A stretch of DNA of 64,000 bases, taken from a virus. The position numbers and the translations under genes are program-made. A model generated the notes under the pieces. It had not been told where the DNA came from and made no database searches. It saw only the letters and a list, made by a program, of their open reading frames with translations. Shown here piece after piece: positions 1 to 9,074 of the stretch (within the stretch, counting starts at the first letter, position 1; each line of letters starts with the position of its first letter). Location of the stretch: positions 28,495 to 92,494 of the IMG/VR virus record IMGVR_UViG_3300042892_002240. One strand, 5' to 3'.

Positions 1-17
1 GCACCGACTTTTTAAAT

Positions 18-1163
18 ATGAATACTGGAAACGCGGCTTTTCTTATGCCAAACCCAGTGCGTTTAATGTTTGCATCTTTGTTTATGCTAGACGGATTTGT
101 TACCGCAACTAATGTTGAATTCTTAAAGTTCAGCACTAAAATGGTGCCTGTAACTTGCAAAGTAAGCATTTCAATGATGGCTGTATACATTGGATTTGCA
201 AGAAAAGACACATTTTTAACTACACAATTTCAATCAGCAGCTGATGCTGAAAATGAAGCAAGACGAGCCGATGAAGCAGGGAGTAGGGAACTTCTTGAAG
301 CTTTAAACATCACAGGTAAGTCTGTTACGTGGGGGTTTAACTGGGAGTTTACCAAAGGGATGGCGAACGACGGAACACTAAGTGGTCAAACAGATGTTGA
401 CAATTTTGAAGTATTTCCCGCTAATCCTAATGATATTAACAACGGTAACCCTTTAACGGTTGGCCTTGCTGTAAAAACAAAACCATCAAAATACGTTAAT
501 ACTAATAACAACGCCCCCGAAGAACTTAATGAAAACTTTGTTTTTAGATTTGATAAAGTTAAACCTAAAAGGGGCAGCGGACGAGACACTGATGAAATTT
601 TAAGATTATACGAAGAAGACGCTCAATTTACTGTATCTTATAATTGGTCGTGCAGAATATATGGAGACCCAACACGAAACTCTACTAATGGTGGGTGGTT
701 AAACACAACAGATCCTAACCGTATTATAATAGCCGCAACTGAAGAACAATCTTGGATTAATAAACGTTTTTCTGACAGTGTTTCTAGGGCGCTTGATGAC
801 AACAATGATTGTGTGTTGCTTGGATTATACCAAGGTTCTAAAAGTGCTTCAAGCAAAAGCGAGTGGGGTGCGGGAACAAGTGGGGATAACCATGGTGACT
901 CTAACGCTCGTAGATTACTAATTCGTGGTAAGCGGGGAAAAGTAGCTGAATTAACAAATGGTGCTGCTTCTGCTAGACAAAACGCAAACGGATCCGGGTA
1001 CTACATAGTTGTTTGGCAACTTGAAATGACAGGGCTTGTTGCTGGATTGCGCCCTCACTCGAGGCCTGCCCCAGAACAACAATGTATCGTACAAATAAAA
1101 AACTCTAGCGAGAGATTATACATAAATTATAACAACTTAGATTGGACAGCTGGAGGTTCCTAA
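18..1163 (+). CDS. Tail/baseplate-associated structural protein, probably truncated at the window edge
   Basis: 381-aa ORF directly upstream of the LysM, hub and wedge genes; called from context only. Confidence 0.45.
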   Translation: MNTGNAAFLMPNPVRLMFASLFMLDGFVTATNVEFLKFSTKMVPVTCKVSISMMAVYIGFARKDTFLTTQFQSAADAENEARRADEAGSRELLEALNITGKSVTWGFNWEFTKGMANDGTLSGQTDVDNFEVFPANPNDINNGNPLTVGLAVKTKPSKYVNTNNNAPEELNENFVFRFDKVKPKRGSGRDTDEILRLYEEDAQFTVSYNWSCRIYGDPTRNSTNGGWLNTTDPNRIIIAATEEQSWINKRFSDSVSRALDDNNDCVLLGLYQGSKSASSKSEWGAGTSGDNHGDSNARRLLIRGKRGKVAELTNGAASARQNANGSGYYIVVWQLEMTGLVAGLRPHSRPAPEQQCIVQIKNSSERLYINYNNLDWTAGGS

Positions 1164-1164
1164 T

Positions 1165-1407
1165 ATGGCTACATACACTAGTTCTAACCGATACAGATTG
1201 TCCGTAGCAAACACCACCGCTGATAGGGTTGCTTACACAACACGTAGCTACTACCAATACACTTCCAAACAAGGTGACACTTTTCAAATCATTGCTTCAA
1301 AAATCTTAAATGATGGTACACGCTATTGGGAAATTGCAGATTTTAATCCTCAAATTCAATGGCCGGATGTAATTCCTGCTGGAACAACCCTTCGGATACC
1401 TAGATGA
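1165..1407 (+). CDS. LysM-domain / P2 gpX-like baseplate protein
   Basis: YTSKQGDTFQIIASKILNDGTRYWEIADFNP...IPAGTTLRIP is a LysM-type motif; lies before the hub gene. Confidence 0.85.
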   Translation: MATYTSSNRYRLSVANTTADRVAYTTRSYYQYTSKQGDTFQIIASKILNDGTRYWEIADFNPQIQWPDVIPAGTTLRIPR

Positions 1408-2567
1408 TTATCCATAGTGGCAACCCACTTTCTCCAAAAACCTATATTGCTTTACATAATGTTGAAGTTGACTATCATTCAATCCAACAAGCAACTTTAG
1501 ACCTTTGTGTTAACAAACACGATATGGTTGTTTTAAAACTTGCAGGTATTCCTGCAAAATACATTACTGACTATATTGACGCACCAGTGAGATTAAATAT
1601 ATCTTCTGGGCCAGGTAGGTTTCAGGACTTTTGTGGACGTGTGTTGTACGTTGAACCCGAATCTGATAGCCGTGAGCCTCTTGTAAACAGAAGCCCTTTT
1701 CAAACAGTGCGTCTAGTTTGTTTTGGTGCATCAATGTCAATGATGGGCGCAAAAAGTAAACTTTGGGAAAATGTAAGTATTAAATCAATTGCTGAAGAGT
1801 TGTGTAATACCTATCGGTTTAGCCTTGATGTAATTGATGACAACTTCATTTTACCTAGACTTATGCAAAAAGGTGAGTCTGACTGGGCTTTTTTAATTCG
1901 CATATGTGAAAAATACGGGTATTCCGTTACTGTCCATGGGACTCACATGCACATCTGGGACCCTTTTAAAGCCATTGGGAGGCGCCCCTCATACGAAGAG
2001 TTAACTTCTGTTTCTGCAAAAATTGCTGCGGCTCCAGGAAACATCCTCAGTTTTAAAGGTACTTTTGGGTACGTAACTCCACAAGGTTACTCAACTAACT
2101 ACGAAGTTAGCTCGCTTGACAGTGATGGTGTTTCACAAACTGTTTCTAGCACTGCATTTTTAACGGGATCATGGTCTGGGGTTAACCACCCATCTAAATT
2201 TAACAACGTAGTTTTAGAGGCTGTACAGACAATTGCAGAGGCTGAAAAAATAGTTGGTGCAAAAGAACGACGCACATTCCCGTTTAATGCAAGTGTAGAG
2301 ATTAGCGCAGGTTCTGGAATTGTTCCCGGTGGAGTTGTTAAAGTAACTGGTTACAACTCACACTTTGACGGTTTGTGGTATGTTCGGGACGTAAAACATA
2401 CCATTGGTGGCTCTAGTTATTTTACAAAACTAGAAATTAGTAGAGACTTTAATACCTCTGAATCTTTTGTAGTACCCCCAACACAACTAGCACAAGCAGC
2501 CCCAGAGCCTGAGTTTGTTGCAGGAGAATGGCGCGCAAGTTCAGAAAGAGTAAATGCGTATGTATAA
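1404..2567 (+). CDS. Baseplate hub protein (P2 gpD/VgrG-like)
   Basis: QKGESDWAFLIRICEKYGY and FDGLWYVRDVKHTI motifs are typical of late-control-D/hub proteins. Confidence 0.85.
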   Translation: MIIHSGNPLSPKTYIALHNVEVDYHSIQQATLDLCVNKHDMVVLKLAGIPAKYITDYIDAPVRLNISSGPGRFQDFCGRVLYVEPESDSREPLVNRSPFQTVRLVCFGASMSMMGAKSKLWENVSIKSIAEELCNTYRFSLDVIDDNFILPRLMQKGESDWAFLIRICEKYGYSVTVHGTHMHIWDPFKAIGRRPSYEELTSVSAKIAAAPGNILSFKGTFGYVTPQGYSTNYEVSSLDSDGVSQTVSSTAFLTGSWSGVNHPSKFNNVVLEAVQTIAEAEKIVGAKERRTFPFNASVEISAGSGIVPGGVVKVTGYNSHFDGLWYVRDVKHTIGGSSYFTKLEISRDFNTSESFVVPPTQLAQAAPEPEFVAGEWRASSERVNAYV

Positions 2568-3318
2568 CGGGATGCAAATATATCGAGCAGTAGTAACTGC
2601 GTCGTCTTCAACTACTGGTTCTCTTTACGTTTCTATTCCATCAGTGCTTGGCACAAGCACAAGCATCGCTGTATCTACTATTGGCCGAGCAGCAGTATCT
2701 GGTGTATGGGCTGTTCCTAATGTTGGGGAACAAGTCCTTGTAGCAGTAGAAGACGACAAGTTTTCTAATGTGTTTTTGTTGTACCCAGTTGAGCCTCCAG
2801 TAATCGCAGTTGAGCCTCCAGTAATCGCAGATGCGTCTGTTACTACAGATAAATTAGCCAATGCGTCTGTTACTACAGATAAATTAGCCGATGATTCAGT
2901 AGTAAACGAAAACCTTGACATGTACCGCATGAGAGTTAGGCGGGTAACCCCACAAACTGTAGGCCCTTTATCAACTGGTCTTATTGAATTTGACACTTTA
3001 GATTTTGAAAAATACAATAATAACTCATGGATTGGGGGGCTTCCAAGTCAGGCAATTTTTCCCCAATCTGGATTATACGCAATTAGTGTAACAATAACTA
3101 CAAGTGCTGCTGCTGGAACGCAAACCGCAATGCTTACAGTAGATAATTTTGTGTCTGCTACTCCGGTAACGTCTTTTGCGGGAGCTTTGTCAATAGTACT
3201 TACATGTAATATGTTTTTTTATGGCACAGAGGTACTTTCACTTAAAGTTGTTAATTCAAACAGCAGTTTGAGCAGATCATACACAGCAATGTTATCAATG
3301 ATATTACTAACGGAGTAA
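2554..3318 (+). CDS. Baseplate spike (gp5/gpV OB-fold N-terminus) with a beta-rich C-terminal domain
   Basis: WAVPNVGEQVLVAVE OB-fold motif; lies between the hub and gp25-like genes. Confidence 0.7.
   Translation: MRMYNGMQIYRAVVTASSSTTGSLYVSIPSVLGTSTSIAVSTIGRAAVSGVWAVPNVGEQVLVAVEDDKFSNVFLLYPVEPPVIAVEPPVIADASVTTDKLANASVTTDKLADDSVVNENLDMYRMRVRRVTPQTVGPLSTGLIEFDTLDFEKYNNNSWIGGLPSQAIFPQSGLYAISVTITTSAAAGTQTAMLTVDNFVSATPVTSFAGALSIVLTCNMFFYGTEVLSLKVVNSNSSLSRSYTAMLSMILLTE
2786..2890 (+). repeat. In-frame tandem duplications in the spike gene (21 nt x2, then 30 nt x2)
   Basis: cagttgagcctccagtaatcg twice (VEPPVIA) and atgcgtctgttactacagataaattagcc twice (ASVTTDKLA). Confidence 0.9.
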
Positions 3319-3320
3319 CT

Positions 3321-3731
3321 ATGAAAGCTATTAAAATTCCATTTCAATTTAGCGGTGGTAAGACTGCTACAACTTCATCTATGTCTGTGGCTACAGAGCA
3401 GAAAATTGTAAACGTTCTTGTGACCCAAAAGTATGAACGTGTTATGCGCCACAAATACGGCTTTGGTATCCAAACTTTACTATTTGATGTAATAGATGAA
3501 ATTGAGCTTACAGACCATATTGTAGAAGCAAAGCTAGATATCCAAGCGGCAGTTAGTGATGTATCTATCCTTGATGTAAAGCTTGCCCCAACAAACTCTA
3601 TAGCGGCTTTTGGGTCACCAGAGACTACACTAGGTATAACAGTAGTTTACAAACTACCTTTAGGTTCCCCTCAATTAGTAAAGTTTGATGTAGTTTCCCC
3701 AACGAATCTTACTGAAGATTCATTTATTTAG
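3321..3731 (+). CDS. Baseplate wedge protein, gp25/gpW-like
   Basis: LVTQKYERVMRHKYGFGIQTLLFD matches the gp25-family pattern. Confidence 0.85.
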   Translation: MKAIKIPFQFSGGKTATTSSMSVATEQKIVNVLVTQKYERVMRHKYGFGIQTLLFDVIDEIELTDHIVEAKLDIQAAVSDVSILDVKLAPTNSIAAFGSPETTLGITVVYKLPLGSPQLVKFDVVSPTNLTEDSFI

Positions 3732-3740
3732 GAGTAAGAA

Positions 3741-5186
3741 ATGGCACTTGAAAGACCAGGGTTTGACTTTGCAAGCCGAGATTATTCAAATATTCGTAGA
3801 GACCTTTTAGCCCGAGCTGAAAGGACTGTACCGGAATGGACGGACAGAGACCCGTCTGACTTTTCTATGGTCCTAGTTGACATGTGGGCATACATGGGGG
3901 ACATCCTCCATTACTACATTGACCGTGCTGCGGGAGAATCTTTTCTAGACACGGCTACTCAAAGAGAAAGTGTATTGGCCTTAGCTAACCTTTTTGATTA
4001 CAAACCACGCAATAGGACTGCAGCAAGAGCAACAGTTTACGTATCAAACTCAACTTCCTCGTCAGTTCCTATTGTTATCCCTGCTGAAACTGTGTTTTCT
4101 GGTTCTTTTAATAACACACTATACAATTTTTACTCAGAAAATGAAGTATCGGTTGCTGGTGGTGGAACAGTTGCGGTTACTGTAAAAGAAGGATCTATTA
4201 TATCTGCAGAACAATTAACTACCTCTGCATCTGGTCAGATTGGGCAAAGGTATTCTCTTTCAAAAACAAATGTTATTCCAAATACTGTTCAGGTATCAGT
4301 AGACGAAGATGGTACTTCATATATAAACTGGACAAGGGTTGAAGACACCAACGTTGTCGCTTCTGGTGTTAACGCCTACGCTGTTTATGTAAACTCAGCA
4401 AATACAACTGAAGTTGTTTTTGGCAACAGATTGAGTGGTCGTATTCCTCCAACTGGAGTAAAGATCCAAGCAAAGTACAAAATTACCAGTGGTTATTCTG
4501 GAAATGTTGGAACAAACTCAATTACTTCTATTAGGACTGCCATTTCTGGATTGTCGGTAGCTTCATCAACTTCTGCAGTTGGTGGGACTGACGGAGAAAC
4601 AGTTGCGTCATTAAAAACGTCTATTAAATCAATTATCAAATCTCAAGATCGTGCAGTAACTTTAGGCGACTTTGTTAATAGAGCTTTGTTGGTTGATGGT
4701 GTGTACAAAGCAGTATGTCAATTTGCCCCAAATGCTGGAGGTGGAAGTGTAACTGTTTATGCAATCCCCTACATTGCTGACTTCACTTCAGCTTCTGCAG
4801 GTTCCTACGCATTAGAAACTGACACAAAGACAAGCATTAACACATCATTGCAAGCGGTGGCTACCTTGGGCGTAACAGTTACTACTGCAGCTTCTGTTAC
4901 ATTTGTTCCTAAATCAATTTCTGCATCAGTAACAATTAACAATTCATATGTGCAATCATCAGTTGTTACCGCTGTTACTGCTGCTTTAACTGACTTGTTT
5001 GAATTAGACAGCTTAGATTTTGGTGAAGCACTAAACCTTGGTGTTGTGTACAAAACAATTCATGGAATTGAAGGAGTTGAGTACTCAACTGTTGCACTCA
5101 CTGGTAGTGATCCTACCAATATTCAATTTATGAAAAAAGGAAGTATTACAATTGTGCCTACTGGAGGAATTACTAGTTCGTCATGA
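3741..5186 (+). CDS. Baseplate wedge protein, gpJ/gp6-like
   Basis: FASRDY...PEWTDRDPSDFSMVLVD, FLDTATQRESV, FGNRLSGRIP and GGTDGET...QDRAVTLGDF motifs. Confidence 0.9.
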   Translation: MALERPGFDFASRDYSNIRRDLLARAERTVPEWTDRDPSDFSMVLVDMWAYMGDILHYYIDRAAGESFLDTATQRESVLALANLFDYKPRNRTAARATVYVSNSTSSSVPIVIPAETVFSGSFNNTLYNFYSENEVSVAGGGTVAVTVKEGSIISAEQLTTSASGQIGQRYSLSKTNVIPNTVQVSVDEDGTSYINWTRVEDTNVVASGVNAYAVYVNSANTTEVVFGNRLSGRIPPTGVKIQAKYKITSGYSGNVGTNSITSIRTAISGLSVASSTSAVGGTDGETVASLKTSIKSIIKSQDRAVTLGDFVNRALLVDGVYKAVCQFAPNAGGGSVTVYAIPYIADFTSASAGSYALETDTKTSINTSLQAVATLGVTVTTAASVTFVPKSISASVTINNSYVQSSVVTAVTAALTDLFELDSLDFGEALNLGVVYKTIHGIEGVEYSTVALTGSDPTNIQFMKKGSITIVPTGGITSSS

Positions 5187-6919
5187 CACGTAAATCTTTT
5201 ACTCTTAGAAATATTAACTCTCCTTATGGTTCTTATTTAGCGTATCCATCAAATGGTGCTTCAGCACCTGGAATGGCCGCTAGGGCAGATGATGACACTC
5301 GTCTCCGTTCTGACGATATCCAGTTAGCACCAGTCCTCACATCTAACTTAATTCCAGGAACACCTGGTTCTTTGGTTGGCTTTTTTGGTGCTGAAGTAAC
5401 AGACTACACAAGCATTAACCTATCTTGGGCAGCACCCCTTGTTGAAACAATACCATCGTCAATCCCTGCTGCTACAAGAGTAATTATTGTTTATTCTGCT
5501 TTTGGAGAACCCCCAACTATTAGTGATGGGAACATCCTTGTAGACACTAACAACACAACCACGTACACTCATACTGTTCCTGAAGGGGTGTGGGCCTATT
5601 ACACCATATTTGTAAAATATGAGTCTATTGCTGGTGGAGCATTTTATGAAGCTGCTGAATCTTTGTCTGTTTTAGTACCTAAAAACTATGGTAGTTCTAG
5701 TGGCTTGTATTCAAAAATACCTTTGTATTACAGAATTTTAGATGGCGACATGGACTTTGGTGATGGGGGCCCCCTTAACAAGTACCTTTCAACTATTGGT
5801 TGGGACATTGACAAAGTAAGAACTGAAATTGATTATTTAATGACTTTTAAAGACCCGCAAATTGCGGATGGCCAAGCATTGGACTACTTAGCAAAAGACT
5901 TTGGAGTTAATTTAGAAAGTCGTGAATTAGGTGCTTATCGCCTTAGAAATATCCTAGGTAGCATTGGCACACTCCGCAGATCAATTGGAACTGTTTCCGG
6001 AATTGAAACGTTTATGACTGCTTTAACCGGCTCTAACGTAACAGTTGATACTGTAAACAAAGTTATAAAAGTGCACGCTCAAAGAATTAACTTAATTAAA
6101 GACCCAAACATATATTTTGGCCTTGACAGTGTTTTTGACATGGGTTCACCTGCAGGTGCATTTACAACGTCATATGACGCTGGATTTTATGACACTACGT
6201 CATACCCTGCTTCAGCAACCTTTGATGGTGGTTCTGCGTCAGCTACTGGTTCTGTTGGGACTAACCCAAACGCAAAATGGACAATAGCTTATGGAACAAC
6301 AACTTCGTTGTTGTTAACTACAAACGACGATGTAAAAGTTAGCTATGGGGACACTTTCTATTTTTCTGTACAAGATTCATCAACCGTAAGTGCACAAGCA
6401 GCTATTACAAAAGTTGGGCTATACACCTCTGGTGCTGTTGTGGTTGTTGAAGACTCTGCACCAAAAACTATTGGTAGTACAAAATATTGGAAGTTTGTAA
6501 TTCCAAGTTCTGTTTCTGCTAACACCCCTGTTTTTCTAGGTATTACTTATCAAAACGCTTTAATTACTGACCCTGCGACGGCATTTAGAAGAATGCTGCT
6601 TGAAAGATTTATTAATGGGCAGTACTTTGATGGTGACACAGTTTTAGGTGGGTGGCTTGTAGGTGCGTCATCTAACGTGTCTGATTACCGCTGGTATGAC
6701 TCGGCCAGACCAGACGCAACTCAAGACACTTTAAGAAACAACTCTTTTTCTGTGTACAACGCCAACTACCAAAAAACTAAGGTAGTAGCAAACAGACTTC
6801 TAATGGATATACTCCCAATTACACAACTTAGTACTAGCGCAACCCAATATAGTAATCAAGCTAGTATCCCAAGCCCTTTGTGGTCAATTAGGTTTAACTA
6901 TGTTCCAGGAGACACATGA
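5183..6919 (+). CDS. Baseplate wedge / tail protein (gpI-like domain plus extension)
   Basis: LYSKIPLYYR...LDYLAKDFGV...GTVSGIETFMTALTG pattern; follows the gpJ-like gene. Confidence 0.7.
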   Translation: MTRKSFTLRNINSPYGSYLAYPSNGASAPGMAARADDDTRLRSDDIQLAPVLTSNLIPGTPGSLVGFFGAEVTDYTSINLSWAAPLVETIPSSIPAATRVIIVYSAFGEPPTISDGNILVDTNNTTTYTHTVPEGVWAYYTIFVKYESIAGGAFYEAAESLSVLVPKNYGSSSGLYSKIPLYYRILDGDMDFGDGGPLNKYLSTIGWDIDKVRTEIDYLMTFKDPQIADGQALDYLAKDFGVNLESRELGAYRLRNILGSIGTLRRSIGTVSGIETFMTALTGSNVTVDTVNKVIKVHAQRINLIKDPNIYFGLDSVFDMGSPAGAFTTSYDAGFYDTTSYPASATFDGGSASATGSVGTNPNAKWTIAYGTTTSLLLTTNDDVKVSYGDTFYFSVQDSSTVSAQAAITKVGLYTSGAVVVVEDSAPKTIGSTKYWKFVIPSSVSANTPVFLGITYQNALITDPATAFRRMLLERFINGQYFDGDTVLGGWLVGASSNVSDYRWYDSARPDATQDTLRNNSFSVYNANYQKTKVVANRLLMDILPITQLSTSATQYSNQASIPSPLWSIRFNYVPGDT

Positions 6920-7170
6920 ACTACATAATTAGTGCATTAGCTGTTTACAAGCTGCTTCAAGTAATTGACTCTTTACTACCAAGAGAACCAATGCCATGGG
7001 TTAAAAACATTGCTGGGGTTATTCTTGGGTATGCGGCAGCATTGATAGTTGACATTGACAAGTGGTATGTGGCCGGGTTGGTAGTTGCCACTATTGCTGG
7101 TAGCGTCCAGTTAGTATTGAGGTTAACAACACTGTTGGGCGACTCAATAGAAAGAAAAACCCTACGTTAA
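6916..7170 (+). CDS. Small membrane protein, possibly holin-like
   Basis: 84 aa with 2-3 hydrophobic helices and a basic C-terminus. Confidence 0.5.
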   Translation: MNYIISALAVYKLLQVIDSLLPREPMPWVKNIAGVILGYAAALIVDIDKWYVAGLVVATIAGSVQLVLRLTTLLGDSIERKTLR

Positions 7171-7180
7171 GGAGAACCAC

Positions 7181-7909
7181 TTGAAAGAGTTTTACGGAAT
7201 TGTTGGTGCTGGATCTGCGCCAAAGAAAGTAATTGATGCCGCATTAAATGATATTGGCACTCAATCGTCATTTATTATTCCGTGGTACGGAAGCATGTCT
7301 AAAGGTTTAGAAGTTGTGTACGACTGGGTTCTTGACAATGACGTGTCTTTTATTATCGCTGCTTTAGAGGGTGTTAAAAAAGTTCCTAAATCTCTAGCTG
7401 AAAAAGCAGGAGGTATTGTGAATGTTGAAGATGTAAATGACTACATTCTGTGGGACCTTAAAGGTAAAGAAGTTCCTGGTATGTCATTAGTTCTTTGGGA
7501 TGAAGAAGATGAACCTTCATCAACGCGACTTGCAGCAATGTCAATTGGTATGCAATTGCCAACCCTTGAACTTACAAATGGCCTTGTTCCTATTATGCTG
7601 GATGACTCACCAGATGTGCAGGTTGTTGTAAGTGATGAGTTGCCAGACATTGATGAAGCTGCATATGACAGAGAAACCCTTGAAATCATGCCAACTGCGT
7701 TAGTTAAGCGAATGGCAAAAGATAAAGGGTTTGAACCTAAATCAAAAGAAGAAGCAGTAGAAATGCTTTCGCCTACAAAAGAAGATGAGAAAGTCATTGG
7801 TTCTATTATCTTCCTAATGAACGACGGTTCAGAAATTGGGTTTAATGGCACTGAAGCAATCCTTAAAGAAATGTTTAAGATTGTGGCCAAGCATTCTGTG
7901 CAATGGTAA
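7181..7909 (+). CDS. Hypothetical protein
   Basis: 242-aa ORF with an aaggag RBS; short helical HeH-like segment near the C-terminus. Confidence 0.6.
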   Translation: MKEFYGIVGAGSAPKKVIDAALNDIGTQSSFIIPWYGSMSKGLEVVYDWVLDNDVSFIIAALEGVKKVPKSLAEKAGGIVNVEDVNDYILWDLKGKEVPGMSLVLWDEEDEPSSTRLAAMSIGMQLPTLELTNGLVPIMLDDSPDVQVVVSDELPDIDEAAYDRETLEIMPTALVKRMAKDKGFEPKSKEEAVEMLSPTKEDEKVIGSIIFLMNDGSEIGFNGTEAILKEMFKIVAKHSVQW

Positions 7910-7926
7910 ACCTACTTACATAAAAG

Positions 7927-7953
7927 AAAAGGCCCCCTTGCGGGGGCTTTTTC
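7927..7953. terminator. Bidirectional intrinsic terminator
   Basis: aaaag-gccccc-ttgc-gggggc-ttttt between convergent genes. Confidence 0.85.
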
Positions 7954-7986
7954 ATTTCTAGTGATAACTACCACTAGTTAGTGAGT

Positions 7987-8103
7987 TCACTTCTTCTTAG
8001 CAACTGCCTTTTTCTTTGCAGGAGCCGCCTTCTTCTTAGCGGGGCCCTTGCCAAAGCCGGGATCCTTCTTATCTTTCAAACCACATCCACATGCTGTGCA
8101 CAT
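7987..8103 (-). CDS. 38-aa Lys/Ala-rich histone-H1-like peptide with an N-terminal CxxCxC
   Basis: Read manually, below the ORF-track cutoff: MCTACGCGLKDKKDPGFGKGPAKKKAAPAKKKAVAKKK; ggaggt RBS upstream. Confidence 0.75.
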   Translation of the reverse strand: MCTACGCGLKDKKDPGFGKGPAKKKAAPAKKKAVAKKK

Positions 8104-8148
8104 ATTATTTACCTCCCTTCCTATATTTGCTTGTCTTTTTAGCAGCCA

Positions 8149-8448
8149 TCAGCAGTCCCAAGCACGAAGAGATTTGTTAATACGAGAATCTGGGTCATTA
8201 GCTGTCTTGGCTGAAGTATTCTTCTTCTTCATACCTTCCATACGTGCACAAAAAGACTCACGACGTGCTGCTGACTTTTCAGACTTAGCTGCTTGTTCTT
8301 TTTTCACCGGAGGCTTGAGGTTGCTGCCCGGGTTTGCCTTTTCATAAGACTTGCGTCCCTTTTCATTAAGACCACCCTTAGGGTCCTTGCCTTCGGCACG
8401 AGACCAAGCGGCTGTCTTTTTTGCTGGGGCTTTTTTCTTTGCTGCCAT
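8149..8448 (-). CDS. Small basic phage protein (DUF6321-like)
   Basis: AWSRAEGKDPKGGLNEKGRKSY...RRESFCARM...DPDSRINKSLRAWDC, a pattern I recognise from aquatic phages. Confidence 0.7.
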   Translation of the reverse strand: MAAKKKAPAKKTAAWSRAEGKDPKGGLNEKGRKSYEKANPGSNLKPPVKKEQAAKSEKSAARRESFCARMEGMKKKNTSAKTANDPDSRINKSLRAWDC

Positions 8449-8458
8449 ATTGGCTCCT

Positions 8459-8893
8459 TTATTTGGTTGAGGCCCGAAGTTGCCAGGACCATTTATTGTG
8501 GTTGTCAATGCGATCAGCAAGGAAATTCATAATTCCTTGTTCGTCTTTCTTTTGAGCCTCATCAAATGCTTTTTTAAGAGATTTAAGAAGGGCTTCATTT
8601 GCCGTCAACAGGGACTTGGCCATTGCTTTTGGATTAGGTTGTACATCTTTAAAATCAAGGGTGCGAAGATCTAAGAACTTTTGCAGGCTAAATGGAGCGT
8701 AATCGTCAAGTTTACGAATGTTTTCTGCAATTAGGTCAATTGACCCATAGGCATCTTCGTAGATTTCTGAAAACAAAGCGTGATATTGGCTAAAATCAGA
8801 ACCTTCTACATTCCAATGGTATCCATGGGCCATAAAGTAAAAAGTGACTACATCTGAAACAAGCACTTTGAGAGCTTTAACAAGGGCTTCCAT
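8459..8893 (-). CDS. dps: Dps family ferritin-like DNA-protection protein
   Basis: AHGYHWNVEGSDFSQYHALFSEIYE...IDLIAENIR ferroxidase signature; HNKWSWQL C-terminus. Confidence 0.92.
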   Translation of the reverse strand: MEALVKALKVLVSDVVTFYFMAHGYHWNVEGSDFSQYHALFSEIYEDAYGSIDLIAENIRKLDDYAPFSLQKFLDLRTLDFKDVQPNPKAMAKSLLTANEALLKSLKKAFDEAQKKDEQGIMNFLADRIDNHNKWSWQLRASTK

Positions 8894-9035
8894 TTTGTCT
8901 CCTACAAAAATACTGGGGTATGTGAAGTATACCCCACACACCCCAGCGTTTTGTAAAAACGCCAGGCTGAAGAACCACCAACTAACCTGGCAGCCCCAGT
9001 ATAGAGGGTCTTTTTAAAAGATTACAACCCGGCTG

Positions 9036-9065
9036 TTGCAAAAGCCACAAGATCTCGTGTACAGT
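9036..9065 (+). promoter_or_regulatory. Sigma70-type promoter for the replication operon
   Basis: TTGCAA-18 nt-TACAGT upstream of the ATG at 9075. Confidence 0.5.
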
Positions 9066-9074
9066 CATGGACCC

